Notes under the pieces: model-generated
Database searches by the model: none
The model's input: only the letters and a program-made list of their open reading frames with translations
Told to the model about the DNA's origin: nothing
Virus record (IMG/VR): IMGVR_UViG_3300031760_000002
Coordinates: 1 to 64,000 of that record
From: a virus
Lineage: Duplodnaviria > Caudoviricetes
Strand: one strand, 5' to 3'
Length of the DNA: 64,000 nucleotides
Shown here: in pieces, positions 29,763-38,700 of the stretch
Position numbering within the stretch: position 1 is the stretch's first letter
Layout: the number at the start of each line of letters is the position of its first letter
Translations under genes and position numbers: made by a program

Positions 29763-31346
29763 TCAGAGGATCAGATTCTCCGAGTGGAGGAAACGTTGCA
29801 TCGTGTAGGTCCCTTTCGCCATCTCCTGATCCAGGAACGGCAATTGCGCGATTGATCCTACGTGGCATTGCTCGAACCCCAGTTCCTTGTATGCCTTGCG
29901 ACGCGAATAGTCGTTCGACAGAAGCGGGCCGGGCTTTCCTGTTCTCCCGATCGGATCGGCTCTATCCCACGGGTGCATGAAATCGACAATGTATGCATGG
30001 TCTTTCCCTTCTGCGGCACGGGACGCACGTCCCGGTACCTGCTTTGCGACGATATCGGATCCTCCGCCGCCGGCGTTGACCACCACCGACAGCTCCGGGA
30101 AGTCCACCCCCTGCTTCCAGCAATGGGTGGCTATGATGGAGTGGATCTTCTGGTTCCTGAAATCGTCGTATATTTCCTTGCGTTCCTTCGGTTTGATGGC
30201 CCGCAACGTTGTGGATATGATCTTCGACTGGTCCGTTTCGGCATGTACGAACCCGGTATGGGTGCAGTATTTGTGTATGCGGCTCATCTGGTCTATGAAT
30301 TGCAGCATGCACAAGGTCTGCAGGCTTTCCGGTATGCAGTTCAGTATGTCCGCTATCATCCTGCACGAATCGTCGTTCGAAGTCCATCCATTACGAAGCT
30401 TCGCATCCCTTGTTTTGTAGCCGGAATAGGATTGAAGCCCGCATGTCGGCAGCGGGGCGTCTATCCAGTACACGGTGATAGGGACGAGCGCGCCGGACTT
30501 GACCCCGTCCTGGTACGAGAACGTGGCCACCACGGGGCCGTAAAGCCCCTCCGACACGATATCCGCCCCGTCGAACCTTCCGGTAGGCGTGGCGGACACG
30601 CCCCACTTTGCGGCCTTCGTGAACATGGATATCTTTTCGGCCCTTCCGTACGAAGCCGAGGTATGCATCTCGTCGACCACCAGGATTCCGACCGTTTTTG
30701 GGTCGATGTTGTCCAGCGAGTCTATCGTGCAGCACACCACGTCGTCTGACGGCTTGTGGGCCGTTCCCGACATGATCAATCCGATCTCCCTGTCCGGAAG
30801 CCATCTCTTGAACTCGTCCCAGTTCTTTCTGTTGATGTCCCTGTCGGGGCAGGCGAACACGCATGTCGGAGTACCCCTTGAGAACAACTCCCCCCTGTCG
30901 TACGCCCGGATGACCGCTGCGGCGCATGCGGTCTTGCCGGCGCCAGTCGCGGCCTGGAGGATTCCGCCCCGTGACACGAGCATCCGTCCGACCAGGTCTA
31001 TCTGGTATGGGCGCAGCCCTGCGAACGCCTTGGCCATATTCGGCTTCGGCATGGGGGTCCTTGCGTCCGTGAACTCGAACTTAATGCCGGACTTTCTGAC
31101 GAAATCGAGTACCCGGTGCGCAAAACCGGGCATCGTATAGATCGTCTTCGGATCGTGTTCGTCTACGCTGTAAAGGTCTTCGAACCTGGCTACAACCTCG
31201 CGGCGGTAGTGGACGAACTTGATTTCCTTCTTGAAGTAGCGCAGCTTCTCGACGAGCCCATTGCATATGTTCCTTACTTCTAGAAGGCCGTCGCGCAAGA
31301 CGACCTTTACCGGCTTGATGCCGGATTCTGGCAGCATGGTATTCAT
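29763..31346 (-). CDS. SF2 DExH helicase (UvsW/XPB-like)
   Basis: LRPYQ, ATGAGKT, DEMH, SAT, GVDFP, QVPGRASR. Confidence 0.92.
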   Translation of the reverse strand: MNTMLPESGIKPVKVVLRDGLLEVRNICNGLVEKLRYFKKEIKFVHYRREVVARFEDLYSVDEHDPKTIYTMPGFAHRVLDFVRKSGIKFEFTDARTPMPKPNMAKAFAGLRPYQIDLVGRMLVSRGGILQAATGAGKTACAAAVIRAYDRGELFSRGTPTCVFACPDRDINRKNWDEFKRWLPDREIGLIMSGTAHKPSDDVVCCTIDSLDNIDPKTVGILVVDEMHTSASYGRAEKISMFTKAAKWGVSATPTGRFDGADIVSEGLYGPVVATFSYQDGVKSGALVPITVYWIDAPLPTCGLQSYSGYKTRDAKLRNGWTSNDDSCRMIADILNCIPESLQTLCMLQFIDQMSRIHKYCTHTGFVHAETDQSKIISTTLRAIKPKERKEIYDDFRNQKIHSIIATHCWKQGVDFPELSVVVNAGGGGSDIVAKQVPGRASRAAEGKDHAYIVDFMHPWDRADPIGRTGKPGPLLSNDYSRRKAYKELGFEQCHVGSIAQLPFLDQEMAKGTYTMQRFLHSENLIL

Positions 31347-31359
31347 CGTTTGGGTCAAC

Positions 31360-31401
31360 GGGCTTGAGAGTCTACCTTAAATCGGCAAAACTCTCAAGCC
31401 C
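31360..31401. other. intergenic long stem-loop
   Basis: GGGCTTGAGAGT...ACTCTCAAGCCC 12-bp perfect inverted repeat. Confidence 0.6.
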
Positions 31402-31415
31402 ATTTGTTGTTTCGG

Positions 31416-33536
31416 TTAGGACCCGATTGCGACCGTTTGGTCGAACACGGGCCCCAGCTGTGATTCATGAGTTGAGATAAGTACTTGCAGATTCATGTTT
31501 TGAGCAAGTTCCTTGATCTTCGACAACATGTCTCCGAACCTGGAGATCGTCTCATTGTCCAAATAGGCCGTAGGCTCGTCAAGCACCAGAAGGCCAAGCT
31601 TGCTGGCGAACATGGAGTAGACGGCGAACCTGAACGACACGGCCAGGGCTATCTTCTGTCCTCCGGACAGCTGCGTGATGTCGGGCGGAGGATTCGGAAC
31701 GAAGCTTCCATCCGTCATGATATATCGGAAACCCATGCCCTCGTCGGAAGACATCGGAACGACCGTGAACGAAGATCCGAACTGGCCAAGATACCGGTTT
31801 ACATCGTCTGTCAACAGGCCCATGACTGATTGCGTCATGGTACGAGGGCCGTTGCGGTAGCTGAACCAGTTCTTGACGTCTTCGACGATCTTCAGGCGGT
31901 CTTCCCTGACGATGTTCTCCTTCTGGATCTCCTTGATCCGCTCGATAGCCGCTTCGGTGGTCGCAATGGTATCGTCGATCTGCTTGATCGCCCCGTCGAA
32001 CGACGCCTTCTGCGTCTTCAGGTCGGAATACACCTTCAGGTTGTTGAAGATCGACGTTATCTCGTCGTTGATCCTGGATACGACGATCTCCAGCTGTTCC
32101 TTCGTCACGTTCTGGTTGGGGAGCTTCGCAAGGTCCTTGTCAAGGTCCGACTTCGTGTTGACGACGGCTTCGGCAAGACGCATGTCCTCGAACTGCAGCC
32201 CCTTCACGTACTCGTTGTGCTTGCGCATGTTCTCGAGTTCGTTCCGGACGTTGAAGATGTCGGTATTGACTTCCTTGGCGCTGCGGCACTTGACTTCAGG
32301 TCCGAGCTCGTCCATGCGGGCCTTCCACCGCTGCATGTCGCGTTCGGCCTGCTCCTTCTTCTGGTTGTCTGTGATGAAGTGGGCCCTCTCGGCGCAGAAC
32401 TCCTCGAACTCACGGATCATCTCGTCGTCCCTGTGGATGGAACGCTGGATCTCCTCCTTGATGTTGTGGTCGGTAGTCGAACCGCAAAGCGGGCAGATGT
32501 TGCCGGCGGGCGCTTCGCTCGCAAGGCGTTGCGCCTGGTCTCTGTGGGCCTTGACCTGGACAAGCTTGTCCATGGCCTTTTCGTACTCGTGGATCTTGCC
32601 GGAAACGTCTCCGATACCGTCCACGACGGCCTTCGCCTTGTCGAAGTTGTTCTTCGCCTCAAGACGATAGCGGTTGCCGAGTTCGTTGGACTGCACGTTC
32701 GCAAGCTCCATGTGGAGGGCGTCCATCCTCTTCTGGATGTCGTCCGTCGGAAACGTCGTCAGTACGACGTTCTCGTGCTCCTTCTGGAACTTTTCGCGCG
32801 CGGCCTTCGCAAGGTCTGCCATGTTCATGGAGGCGATCGCAGCCTTTGCAAGCTGGATGCGCTCCTGCAGCAGGGAAACCTTCTTGCGGGCCTCCGTGTC
32901 GTCCGGAACCTTGGACAGGCGCTCACCGAGTTCGTCGGACTGTGCCTTTAGCCTTTTTTGCGTCTCGATCTGCTCTTCACGCGCCGCAATGTGGCGAGAC
33001 AGCTCCTCCGACATGTCCCTCGGCTTATCCACGGCCGTAAGGAAGTCGGTGAGAAATTTGTTGTGCTTCGCCGCGTCTCCGAGCCCTATCAGCTTCTGGA
33101 ACGCCAGTTCGCGTTCCCTGGGATCCGTGAACAGGCACGATTCGATCTCGGTCTGCCTTACGAACACGGACTGGCGTAGAACGTCCTTGTCGATTCCGAG
33201 CAATTCGAGCGTCTCCTTTACCTTGGCGACACCTGTAACCTTTTCGTCTCCGACGGTCAGAGTCGCGGACGGCTTTTCGATCTTGCGTGTGATGGAACAA
33301 GGCTTTCCGTCATGCTCGAAGTCGAGCTTGACGTAGCCGGACTCCTCGCCCCACGTCAGCAGATCGTCCTTGGTAAAGCCGGGCTGCTCTCCTGTAAGTG
33401 CGAACTGGATGGCCCCGAGGAAATTCGATTTTCCGCTGCCGTTTCGGCCAACTACGGCGATCAGGTTGCCGGAAAAGTCGACCGTCAGATCCTTGTGCTG
33501 GCGGTAGTTGTGCAGGTCGATTTGCTTGAGGATCAT
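31416..33536 (-). CDS. sbcC: SbcC/Rad50-like SMC ATPase
   Basis: GRNGSGKS, Q-loop, CPLC zinc hook, LSGGQ, LDEPT, STH; start MILKQ. Confidence 0.93.
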   Translation of the reverse strand: MILKQIDLHNYRQHKDLTVDFSGNLIAVVGRNGSGKSNFLGAIQFALTGEQPGFTKDDLLTWGEESGYVKLDFEHDGKPCSITRKIEKPSATLTVGDEKVTGVAKVKETLELLGIDKDVLRQSVFVRQTEIESCLFTDPRERELAFQKLIGLGDAAKHNKFLTDFLTAVDKPRDMSEELSRHIAAREEQIETQKRLKAQSDELGERLSKVPDDTEARKKVSLLQERIQLAKAAIASMNMADLAKAAREKFQKEHENVVLTTFPTDDIQKRMDALHMELANVQSNELGNRYRLEAKNNFDKAKAVVDGIGDVSGKIHEYEKAMDKLVQVKAHRDQAQRLASEAPAGNICPLCGSTTDHNIKEEIQRSIHRDDEMIREFEEFCAERAHFITDNQKKEQAERDMQRWKARMDELGPEVKCRSAKEVNTDIFNVRNELENMRKHNEYVKGLQFEDMRLAEAVVNTKSDLDKDLAKLPNQNVTKEQLEIVVSRINDEITSIFNNLKVYSDLKTQKASFDGAIKQIDDTIATTEAAIERIKEIQKENIVREDRLKIVEDVKNWFSYRNGPRTMTQSVMGLLTDDVNRYLGQFGSSFTVVPMSSDEGMGFRYIMTDGSFVPNPPPDITQLSGGQKIALAVSFRFAVYSMFASKLGLLVLDEPTAYLDNETISRFGDMLSKIKELAQNMNLQVLISTHESQLGPVFDQTVAIGS

Positions 33537-33709
33537 GCGATTGGCCCCTCCGCGTGCTTTGTTGCTTCTTCGAGTTGCGCGTCTTTTCTGTTCTGGGCAT
33601 ACAGCACCTTCAACGTCTCGTTGAGGCTGTCGATCGCGTCGATGACGCCTTTCAGGCACTTTGGTATCAGGACCACCGCTTCGGCGGCCCTTACTTCGAT
33701 TGTCGTCAT
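33533..33709 (-). CDS. small hypothetical protein
   Basis: Start MTTIEV, AAGGAG RBS. Confidence 0.5.
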   Translation of the reverse strand: MTTIEVRAAEAVVLIPKCLKGVIDAIDSLNETLKVLYAQNRKDAQLEEATKHAEGPIA

Positions 33710-33780
33710 GTTTTCTCCTTTCGGAAGTTCAATGGGTAAGAATTCGGGCCGGCGGCGGACTGGCCGCCGACCCGAAGTGT

Positions 33781-34233
33781 TCAGAAGCAGCAGCGTCCCT
33801 CGGCGACGAATCCGGGACCCAGCATGTTTTGTTCTTGTTGAACAGGATCGGTGCATTCACCTTCCTTGGCGAGTTTCTTGGCCTTGTATCCCATGTACAC
33901 TCCGGCGCACAGTGACACAAGCGGAACGGTCGGAATGAACACGCCGATCGTCTGGTTGGTCTTCCTTACAAGCTCTCCGACCTGAGACGCGTCTCCCGGC
34001 TGGTCGACGCCCGTCTTCTCCTTCAGCCGTTTCCTCGTGACCGCGTCCAGCTCGTTTATCTTTTCCTCCGTGTAGTACCCGACTATGTTCGACAGGGCCA
34101 GGGAAGCCACTGCGCACGGAATCCAGCCCGGTCCGGCCACGAACGTCATTCCGACCAGCGCAATTCCCATGATCGGGTTCACGACGAACGATTCCGAACA
34201 CCCTTTTTCATTTGGTTTCTTGTCTTTTGACAT
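33781..34233 (-). CDS. putative membrane protein
   Basis: 2-3 hydrophobic segments; AGGAGG RBS; promoter motif upstream. Confidence 0.65.
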   Translation of the reverse strand: MSKDKKPNEKGCSESFVVNPIMGIALVGMTFVAGPGWIPCAVASLALSNIVGYYTEEKINELDAVTRKRLKEKTGVDQPGDASQVGELVRKTNQTIGVFIPTVPLVSLCAGVYMGYKAKKLAKEGECTDPVQQEQNMLGPGFVAEGRCCF

Positions 34234-34252
34234 GTAAAAACCTCCTTTCTGA

Positions 34253-34279
34253 ATATACCGTTTTTCTACGTGAAATTAA
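34253..34279 (-). promoter_or_regulatory. phage promoter motif (variant)
   Basis: TTAA-N15-CGGTATAT. Confidence 0.5.
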
Positions 34280-34439
34280 TGTGCCGGGCACCCGGCACAT
34301 GCGACATGCCGGGCCCCGGCTCGCGGGGCATCCAGTCTACCTGGACCTCATTGCACGTTCCGCGCGGGATTGCTCCCGGAGGAACGGGCCAAGGATGAAC
34401 CAGTTGACTAGAATCCCGATTATCAGGGATTCGGCCATG

Positions 34440-34661
34440 TCAGTAAAGTTCTCTTGACGGATCTATCCTGTCTACTCGCCGGGTCGTGACCGTGGTCCTC
34501 ATCCCGTACCTGTGCTTGTGGCTGTACAGCCTGTCACGGGCCTCTGCGCAGCTCGGGCATTCGCACCCGTCCGCATGGCCTCTCGTGTCTCGTAGCCTCA
34601 GGTATGTCAGGGCGGACTTGGACACTCTTACCTTTGGTTCTGGATGATCCATTTCGTTCAT
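34440..34661 (-). CDS. small protein with HxxxCxCxxC motif
   Basis: 73-aa ORF. Confidence 0.5.
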   Translation of the reverse strand: MNEMDHPEPKVRVSKSALTYLRLRDTRGHADGCECPSCAEARDRLYSHKHRYGMRTTVTTRRVDRIDPSRELY

Positions 34662-34813
34662 TTTAGTTCTTGCAATTTACGGTCATATGTTGTAGCGTAC
34701 CGAAGTGCGCATCGCATTGACCACATGCAGGAATGATACCAGATTCGACCACAGGCTCGCAAGCGAGTAGTTGGCGAATCTATAGGCATCGAGAAAGCCG
34801 AAACTTCCCCCAT

Positions 34814-36601
34814 ATGACGAACGAAAACAGCACTGATGGCTCCGGTTCTCTGAACCTTTCATCCGAAAGTTCCTTGTCTAGCATCTTTTCAAAAACGCGC
34901 GATCCGAATGTTGCTAGCATGTTCGGAAACGTGCATCGTGCAGACTTGTTGCCTTTCTTGTTCAAACTGCGTGGGGAGCCGTACACCCTCAAGGACCATG
35001 TCCAGCTGAGGGACTTCTTCGACAAGGAGTACGCACGGGATACCATCCTGATGTGCGGACGCCAGGTCGGAAAGTCCAAGAGCCTGTCCTATTCGGAAAT
35101 TTTCGACTGCGTGTCCACGCCGCAACTACAGCTCTTGTATGTCGCGCCCCTGCAATCTCAGGCGCAACGGTACTCGACGCTGTATATAAAGGAGGCCATC
35201 CAGTCCTGTCCGTTCGCCGTGAAGCTTCAGGAGAAGGAGCTGGAGGGCGTCCTGTCAGATTCGAAGATCATGAAGGCCGTAGGGCACCAATCGTTCGCGA
35301 ACGGCGCCGGCCTCCAGTTGATGTATGCGAAGACGTCACCAGACCGGGCCCGCGGAATCATGGCCGATAGGATCGACTTCGACGAGATCCAGGACCAGCT
35401 GTTCGACACGGTCCCGATCATCTCGCAGTCGCTCAAGGCGTCCAAGTACGGCATACGCAAGTTCACCGGAACCGCAAAGACGCTCGACAACACGATCGAG
35501 CGCCTGTGGCAGCAGTCGTCCAAGCGCGAGTGGATCATACGGTGCGAACATTGCGGCTACGACAACATACCGAACCGGGACGGCAACATCATGGACATGC
35601 CGCAACCGGACGGTATGCACTGCGTGAATCCGAAATGCAGGGGCAGGCTCAACGTCCGAAACGGCCGGTGGGTCGCGTTCTCCCCGGAGAAGGATCTCAC
35701 CTTCCGCGGATTCCACATACCGCAGGTCATACTTCCGTTCATGGTGGAACACCAGGTGAACTGGAACCTGATCTGGAACGACATCAAGAAGCTTCCTCCG
35801 TCGCTTGTCATGCAGGAGGTGTTCGGCATCTCCGAGTCGTCCGGGTCAAGGATCATCGACGAGTCCCACATCAGGCAGCAGTCGACCCTTCCGTCCATGG
35901 ACGTCCTTAGGCACAACGTGGACAGGTACGTAATGACGCTGTCGGGCGTAGACTGGGGCGGCGCCGAGGAGAATTCGTTCACCGTCCATACCATCATCGG
36001 CATACGCCCGGACGGACGCGTGGACGTCCTGTACGGACAGCGGTACCACGCATTCGACCCCGACCTGATGTACCAGAACATGGCGAAGGCCCATTTCCTG
36101 TACAAGTGCTCGTACATGGCGGCCGACTACGGGCTTGGATTCCAGAACAACCTCATCATGATGAACAGGTTCGGAATCCGGGTGGTGCAGATGAACTTCG
36201 TGAGGCAGAACACCCCGCTGCAGTTCCATACCACGAACCGCGGAGACGACCGTTGGGCCATAGACAAGACATCAGCGCTCAGGGCCATGTTCATGGCCAT
36301 CAAGTACGGCCGCATCTATTTCCCGCCATACCTTGAATTCGAGCCGTACACGGCCGATCTTCTGTCCCCGTACGAGCACATCATAGAGTCGTCGGGCCTT
36401 ACGCACATAGTCTACCTGAGGGACCCGGCCAGACCGGACGATTTCGCCATGGCCCTGTGCTTCGTCCTGATGATGGCCGTCAGGCTGGCCGGACTGGACA
36501 TCCTGTCGCTGATCCCGAAGACGGCGTTCCACGGAGGAAACGCGTCCGGATCCCCGAAGGACATACTGGTCGACCCGAAGGATTACATGGCCAGGGAGTG
36601 A
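34814..36601 (+). CDS. terL: terminase large subunit
   Basis: GRQVGKS Walker A, YVAP..Q, DEIQD, TGT coupling motif, CxxC, GVDWG and PDD nuclease motifs; start uncertain (34733 or 34814). Confidence 0.88.
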   Translation: MTNENSTDGSGSLNLSSESSLSSIFSKTRDPNVASMFGNVHRADLLPFLFKLRGEPYTLKDHVQLRDFFDKEYARDTILMCGRQVGKSKSLSYSEIFDCVSTPQLQLLYVAPLQSQAQRYSTLYIKEAIQSCPFAVKLQEKELEGVLSDSKIMKAVGHQSFANGAGLQLMYAKTSPDRARGIMADRIDFDEIQDQLFDTVPIISQSLKASKYGIRKFTGTAKTLDNTIERLWQQSSKREWIIRCEHCGYDNIPNRDGNIMDMPQPDGMHCVNPKCRGRLNVRNGRWVAFSPEKDLTFRGFHIPQVILPFMVEHQVNWNLIWNDIKKLPPSLVMQEVFGISESSGSRIIDESHIRQQSTLPSMDVLRHNVDRYVMTLSGVDWGGAEENSFTVHTIIGIRPDGRVDVLYGQRYHAFDPDLMYQNMAKAHFLYKCSYMAADYGLGFQNNLIMMNRFGIRVVQMNFVRQNTPLQFHTTNRGDDRWAIDKTSALRAMFMAIKYGRIYFPPYLEFEPYTADLLSPYEHIIESSGLTHIVYLRDPARPDDFAMALCFVLMMAVRLAGLDILSLIPKTAFHGGNASGSPKDILVDPKDYMARE

Positions 36602-36614
36602 CCACCAATACCTC

Positions 36615-36814
36615 CTTCCGGTTCTACACCGGATTGTTGTATGGGAGCGGTCCGCACATCTTCCGGTGTAGCACCGGATTGCTTTTCATCACAACTAGCC
36701 GCATCGCTTCCGGTTCTACACCGGATTGCTGCATGTGCCCAGGTCACGAACTTCCGGTGCAGCACCGGATTGCTGCATGGTTACCGCGCTGCTGCTTCCG
36801 TTTCCAACGGATTG
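36615..36814 (-). CRISPR. non-canonical CRISPR-like array A (5 hairpin repeats)
   Basis: Repeats start (+) at 36615, 36660, 36707, 36751, 36795, e.g. CTTCCGGTTCTACACCGGATTG; spacers 23/25/22/22 nt; strand inferred. Confidence 0.72.
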
Positions 36815-36816
36815 GG

Positions 36817-37128
36817 TTAGACGATCTCCACGGAGTTTTCCGCGTCGATCTTGCGTTCGTCGTAATATGCCGAGACGCTGAAGACGGCGTCGACCGGTAT
36901 GGTCACTTCGTAGTCGTCCTCGAAGTACGTGATCGTGCCGTCGGACTTGGACAGCCGGACCTTGAGATCGCTCTTGAAGTTGTTGTCATTGGCGAAAGAG
37001 CGCCCGACCTTGAAGTAGTCGTCGTTCCCGTAGCAGAATCTCAGTCCGCAAACCGGCTTGTCCTTGACTTCGGTTGACGTCCCGTTCTTGAATGCAAGAA
37101 GGTACTTCTCGATGGTTTCGATCTTCAT
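36817..37128 (-). CDS. hypothetical protein
   Basis: Start MKIETI, GAAAGGA RBS; stop lies 2 nt before array A. Confidence 0.65.
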   Translation of the reverse strand: MKIETIEKYLLAFKNGTSTEVKDKPVCGLRFCYGNDDYFKVGRSFANDNNFKSDLKVRLSKSDGTITYFEDDYEVTIPVDAVFSVSAYYDERKIDAENSVEIV

Positions 37129-37175
37129 GTTGGTATTTCCTTTCAGTTTTCGTGTTTTGGTGTATTTGTTGATTT

Positions 37176-37493
37176 TCATTGTTTGAACGGCTCCGTGAAG
37201 TCCTTCGCTTCAAGCGTCTCAACGGTGGCCTTGTAGTGCATCCAGGCGTAGAAGCCCTTGAAGAAATGCTCCTTCTTCAAAACCTTCGTATCCGGGTAGT
37301 CCGTGTTGTGGCAGATCCACCGCACCACGAACATGTACATCGGGACGGACCCGGAGGTCACGGCCTTGACGGCAGTTTCCTCCGGAATCCCGAACTTCTT
37401 GAAATTGCGGACCAGGGTTGAGCGGATGAGCTCCTTGTCCTGGTCGGCCATGACGATTCTCGTGCCCATGCTCCTCCTATCTCCTGAGGTCAC
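37176..37493 (-). CDS. hypothetical protein
   Basis: About 100 aa; AGGAGG RBS before MGTRIV. Confidence 0.6.
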   Translation of the reverse strand: MTSGDRRSMGTRIVMADQDKELIRSTLVRNFKKFGIPEETAVKAVTSGSVPMYMFVVRWICHNTDYPDTKVLKKEHFFKGFYAWMHYKATVETLEAKDFTEPFKQ

Positions 37494-37776
37494 GCGCGAC
37501 GGCCTTCACTTCGAGCGTCATGCCGCCGCACCACGTGACTTTCTTGTAGAACTCCCCGCCGTCATACGCCTTGAACTCGCTGATATTCGCATCATGCTGC
37601 CTGTCGTCGACGATGTCGCGGATCAGCGAGTTCATGTAGCGGCGGGCGCCTTTTTCCGTTTCGAACAGCTTCATCTTCGAGAAGCTCTCGGTCGTCGGCA
37701 GGTCATTGTGGTTCCTGTACCAGAAAAGACCCTTGCAATCGTCCTCGTCTATGTAGACGTGCCAAACGGTTTTCAT
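37477..37776 (-). CDS. hypothetical protein
   Basis: Start MKTVWH, AGGAGG RBS. Confidence 0.65.
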   Translation of the reverse strand: MKTVWHVYIDEDDCKGLFWYRNHNDLPTTESFSKMKLFETEKGARRYMNSLIRDIVDDRQHDANISEFKAYDGGEFYKKVTWCGGMTLEVKAVARDLRR

Positions 37777-37784
37777 TTGTCCTC

Positions 37785-38117
37785 CTAATCGTTTGAATCG
37801 TCCAACAGAAGCTCTTCGTCGGTATACGGCTTTCCATAGCCGCCAGACACGCGGTCCAGGATGTCCTTGTCGGACAGCTTTCCGAAGTTGCGCGCCTTGA
37901 CGACCTTGACGACCTTCTCGGCATCGCGGCCGCAGCAGTCGTTCCACAGCATGTACAGCTTCTCGCCGTAGAGTCCGATGTCGTCCAGGTTGATGAGCGC
38001 GACGACCCCGGGCGTACCGAGCTTGAACAGCTCCATGCAGGCCATCAAAGCGCCGGGATTGCCTTCCGACATCTTCAGCATCAGGTCCATCGTCGTGTCC
38101 TGTGGGGTCAGCTTCAT
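37785..38117 (-). CDS. hypothetical phage protein
   Basis: KMSEGNPGA...LDDIGLYG..LYMLWNDCC motif; AAGGAG RBS. Confidence 0.7.
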   Translation of the reverse strand: MKLTPQDTTMDLMLKMSEGNPGALMACMELFKLGTPGVVALINLDDIGLYGEKLYMLWNDCCGRDAEKVVKVVKARNFGKLSDKDILDRVSGGYGKPYTDEELLLDDSND

Positions 38118-38281
38118 TTTCTTCTCCTTTTTACGGGTTTGTTGTTTTTCGGTTTGAAATCCTTCGGCGGGTGGTTGTAGTCCATCGCCGGAGCCGTCGG
38201 GAACCTGTCGCGCCTGCAATCCCATGCGACCGTCAGGCGCAGCGGGTTTTCCCATGTTGATATGGAATTTGCGTACGACAT
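38114..38281 (-). CDS. small hypothetical protein
   Basis: Start MSYANS, AGGAGG RBS, ATGA overlap. Confidence 0.5.
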   Translation of the reverse strand: MSYANSISTWENPLRLTVAWDCRRDRFPTAPAMDYNHPPKDFKPKNNKPVKRRRK

Positions 38282-38291
38282 GCGATTCCTC

Positions 38292-38522
38292 CTATCGATG
38301 GTCCATGTTGTCGACCATGCAACCGTGGTACTGCATGTCGGCGGACGCCTGCGGGTCCGGCATGCTGCCGTATGTGCTGGGCGACGCACTTCCGTCCCCC
38401 TTTCTGCACATTTTTGCGCCCGGGTCTATGCGCTTTCCGTCCAGGTCGCAGAGGCATACTCCTTTCGACATGTACGAGTACGCGCACTTGCCGCATGTAT
38501 TGTCGCGTGATTTCGGTATCAT
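38292..38522 (-). CDS. small Cys-rich protein
   Basis: CGKC..C.C..C; GGAGG RBS. Confidence 0.55.
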   Translation of the reverse strand: MIPKSRDNTCGKCAYSYMSKGVCLCDLDGKRIDPGAKMCRKGDGSASPSTYGSMPDPQASADMQYHGCMVDNMDHR

Positions 38523-38665
38523 CGGATCTCCTCCACGTCGGTCACCGTGCACCTTTTCGAATGGCACTTGGCGAACCTGTCCTTCGCGTCGAGTTCGTCG
38601 AACGCCTTGACGCACCAAACCTTCGTGTCGCGCCCTTCTTTGTAGTAGACGTTGTATGTTGTCAT
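38519..38665 (-). CDS. small hypothetical protein (48 aa)
   Basis: Start MTTYNV, GAAAGGA RBS directly after the last spacer of array B. Confidence 0.55.
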   Translation of the reverse strand: MTTYNVYYKEGRDTKVWCVKAFDELDAKDRFAKCHSKRCTVTDVEEIR

Positions 38666-38700
38666 GTTTTTCCTTTCTTCAAGAACGACTGCTATGCAGC

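Noticed and set aside
21384-33938. Long plus-strand ORFs opposite the replication genes (also antisense ORFs at 8610-10377, 39292-41184 and 53453-55220)
   Set aside because: Antisense shadows typical of GC-rich codon usage; no RBS or motifs, and fully overlapped by recognisable genes.
35051-35060. Self-targeting by spacers (e.g. ATGTGCGGAC in terL; GAACAACTCC near 845 and 30882)
   Set aside because: Only matches of about 10 nt were seen by eye, which is plausible by chance in 64 kb; a systematic search was not possible.
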